64,000 bases of DNA, from the NCBI GenBank assembly GCA_963805855.1, contig CAWDVW010000005.1, forward strand, positions 480,001 to 544,000, written 5' to 3'. Positions 61,711 to 64,000 of the stretch are shown here, piece after piece (position 1 is the first letter of the stretch; each line of letters begins with the position of its first letter). The notes under the pieces were generated by a model. It did not search any database and was not told where the DNA came from. It saw only the letters and a program-made list of their open reading frames with translations. The stretch is from Candidatus Dadabacteria bacterium (GTDB lineage: Bacteria; Desulfobacterota_D; UBA1144; Nemesobacterales; CSP1-2). Made by a program: the position numbers and the translations under genes.

Positions 61711-63999
61711 CTATCCGATCCTCAAGGTACCTTTACCAAACAGCCCCTCGACATCTTCAATAAATTTATCCTGAATTTCAACCCTGGACTCGCCTATTTC
61801 AACGACGGCTTCTCCTAAGCTTGTTTCAAAATGAAGATGTACCAACGATACGCCTGGATAGTATTTAATTACTTCCATTAGCCTTTGAAGATCATCTCTC
61901 TTAACACTATCCCTTAGCCTGATATGAACTTTAGAATTGTTTCTAGCCTCTTTAAGTGATAATATGTTAGTCGCTCTGATTCTTACCCTTTCTTCAGCCG
62001 TTTCTAACCTCCCCGTTACAATTATGGGCTCTACTTTTTCTTCTAGCAAAGGGAGTGATTTTCTTAGTAGGTCATTGAATATCAAAACTTCCACCGATCC
62101 CTTCATATCTTCGAGTACCAGATTCCCAAAAATCCCAGATCCATTTTTTGTGTGCTTTACTGTCATTGATCGTACGACCCCCGCTATAATAACCTCGCTC
62201 CTTTCCTTTATTTGACATATATGCTCCGTATCAATATTCGAGGTATATCCTTCTATCTCAGACACGTACTTTGCCATTGGGTGATTAGTGACGTAAAACC
62301 CCAGCACTTCCATTTCATTTTTTAGTATCTCTCTTTCATTCCATTCTTCAACCTCCGGTAATCTGGGCTGGGAAAGAGATTCATTCATCGTGAAAAGGGC
62401 ATTCTGCCCCTCAGGCGAACATCTCTGTCTCATTGATGTGTAAGTCAAGAGTGTATCTACCGAGTCCATGAGTTGGGCTCGATGACTTCCCAATGAATCA
62501 AAAGCACCGCTCTTTATCAGGCTCTCAATTGTCCTTCTATTTACTTTTCTCGAACTCACCCTTTCACAGAAATCAAATACTGAATTAAATTTCCCACCCT
62601 CGTTTCTCGATTCTATAATTGCATCAACCGTTGACTGACCAACATGCTTAATCGCCGAAAGGCCAAACCTTATTTTTCCCCCCTGAGCTGTAAATCCCGA
62701 CACGCTTTCGTTGACATCGGGAGGGAGAACCTCAATCCCCATTTCCCTGCATTCAGCAATGCTTGATATAACTTTATCGGTGTTTCCCGATTCGGCAGAT
62801 AGCAATGCAGCCATAAATTCAGCTGGGAAGTGAGTCTTCAGGTAAGCGGTTTGATATGTTAATAATGCATAAGCTGTACTATGACTCTTGTTGAACGAAT
62901 AATCGGCGAATTTTTCCATCGTGTCAAATATCTCTTTGGCCTTTTTATGGCTTATCCCCTTTTTCTTTGCCCCACTAAGAAACCTCTGTCTCTGAGCCTT
63001 CATCTCAGCCGACTTCTTTTTTCCCATAGCGCGCCTGAGAAGATCCGCTTCACCAAGACTGTAGTCAGCTACCAAGCTGGCCGTCTTCATTATCTGCTCT
63101 TGGTAAACAAAAAGTCCATCTGTGTCCTTTAAAATTCCTTCCAGCTCAGGAAGAGGATACTCGGTATCCTTCTTCCCGTGTTTTCGTTTTATGAATTCGT
63201 CTACCATACCGCTGTCCAGCGGTCCGGGGCGATAAAGCGCGAGCACAGCAATGATATCTTCAAAATTCGTTGCTTGAAGCCTTTGAAGAAGCTCTTTCAT
63301 GCCAGATGACTCAATCTGGAAAATTCCTCTCGTATAATTGCTTGAAAGAAGTTTAAAAACATCGGGATCGTCTAAAGGAATTTTTGAGATGTCAAAATCA
63401 AGCCCATTTGAGGAATTTCGACCCTCTCTTATTAAATTTATGGTTCCATCTATTACTGTTAGAGTCTTTAATCCTAAGAAATCAAATTTCACAAATCCCA
63501 TTTGCTCAATCGAATTCATATCATACTGAGTTACAACTTCATTGTTTGATCCCCGATAAAGCGGAATATAATCGGCAAGCGGTTCACTAGATATCACAAC
63601 ACCAGCTGCATGTGTGGAAGAGTGCCTCACCATATTCTCGAGAGGTCTAGCGAGTTCAACCAATTCTTTAAGCGCCGGTAATTTTTCAAGCAGGCTTCTT
63701 ATTTGAGGGACTTGAGCGATCGAGTCGTCAATGCTAAAGACCTTTCCCCTGAATGAAGGGATGAGTTTGGTAAACTTGTCAACGTCCGCATAGGGAATTC
63801 CAAGAACTCTACCAACGTCTTTTATTACAGCCTTTGCAGACATTGTCCCAAAAGTACCGATCTGAGCAACCTTATCGGACCCGTATTTCCGGGTAACATA
63901 CGCTATAACTTCATCTCTTCGATCTCCGCAAAAATCAACGTCAATGTCGGGCATACTAACTCTCTCGGGATTAAGAAATCTTTCAAAAATGAGATTGTA
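61711..63999 (-). CDS. dnaE: DNA polymerase III alpha subunit (5' partial)
   Basis: FERFLNPERVSMPDIDVDF, HAAGVV, KFDFLGL, LYRPGP, FNKSH. Frame is open to the window edge. Confidence 0.98.
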   Translation of the reverse strand, partial: YNLIFERFLNPERVSMPDIDVDFCGDRRDEVIAYVTRKYGSDKVAQIGTFGTMSAKAVIKDVGRVLGIPYADVDKFTKLIPSFRGKVFSIDDSIAQVPQIRSLLEKLPALKELVELARPLENMVRHSSTHAAGVVISSEPLADYIPLYRGSNNEVVTQYDMNSIEQMGFVKFDFLGLKTLTVIDGTINLIREGRNSSNGLDFDISKIPLDDPDVFKLLSSNYTRGIFQIESSGMKELLQRLQATNFEDIIAVLALYRPGPLDSGMVDEFIKRKHGKKDTEYPLPELEGILKDTDGLFVYQEQIMKTASLVADYSLGEADLLRRAMGKKKSAEMKAQRQRFLSGAKKKGISHKKAKEIFDTMEKFADYSFNKSHSTAYALLTYQTAYLKTHFPAEFMAALLSAESGNTDKVISSIAECREMGIEVLPPDVNESVSGFTAQGGKIRFGLSAIKHVGQSTVDAIIESRNEGGKFNSVFDFCERVSSRKVNRRTIESLIKSGAFDSLGSHRAQLMDSVDTLLTYTSMRQRCSPEGQNALFTMNESLSQPRLPEVEEWNEREILKNEMEVLGFYVTNHPMAKYVSEIEGYTSNIDTEHICQIKERSEVIIAGVVRSMTVKHTKNGSGIFGNLVLEDMKGSVEVLIFNDLLRKSLPLLEEKVEPIIVTGRLETAEERVRIRATNILSLKEARNNSKVHIRLRDSVKRDDLQRLMEVIKYYPGVSLVHLHFETSLGEAVVEIGESRVEIQDKFIEDVEGLFGKGTLRIG

Positions 64000-64000
64000 T

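Overview
This is a 64 kb bacterial chromosomal segment. Gene content and operon layout (stand-alone atpZ-atpI-atpB-atpE, serA-hisZ-purA, DUF4398-OmpA lipoproteins around ybgF/cpoB) suggest a deltaproteobacterial-like organism such as Dadabacteria; this assignment is inference only. The left ~14 kb is accessory: a FIST sensor plus adenylate cyclase, an IS110 remnant with a structured leader, divergent oxyR-katG with a near-consensus OxyR operator, a large cyclase-AAA-TPR protein and several gene remnants. The middle is mostly housekeeping (thyX, cca, F0 ATP synthase genes, hemL, Pal-like/cpoB, phoH, purA, hisZ, serA, tatC). The right part has acyl-CoA and flavin enzymes, an ATP-grasp/M20 peptidase pair, sulfur/Fe-S genes and the 3' part of dnaE. 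The strongest unexplained signal is a 1.2 kb interval (56016-57226) with no credible protein gene. It holds back-to-back sigma70-like promoters facing two densely base-paired candidate RNAs (~600 nt on the minus strand, ~230 nt on the plus strand) that match no RNA family I recognise. A third ~340 nt structured leader precedes an orphan gene at 40649. No tRNA, rRNA or CRISPR array was seen. All structures were paired by eye and all protein calls come from motif recognition, not database searches.
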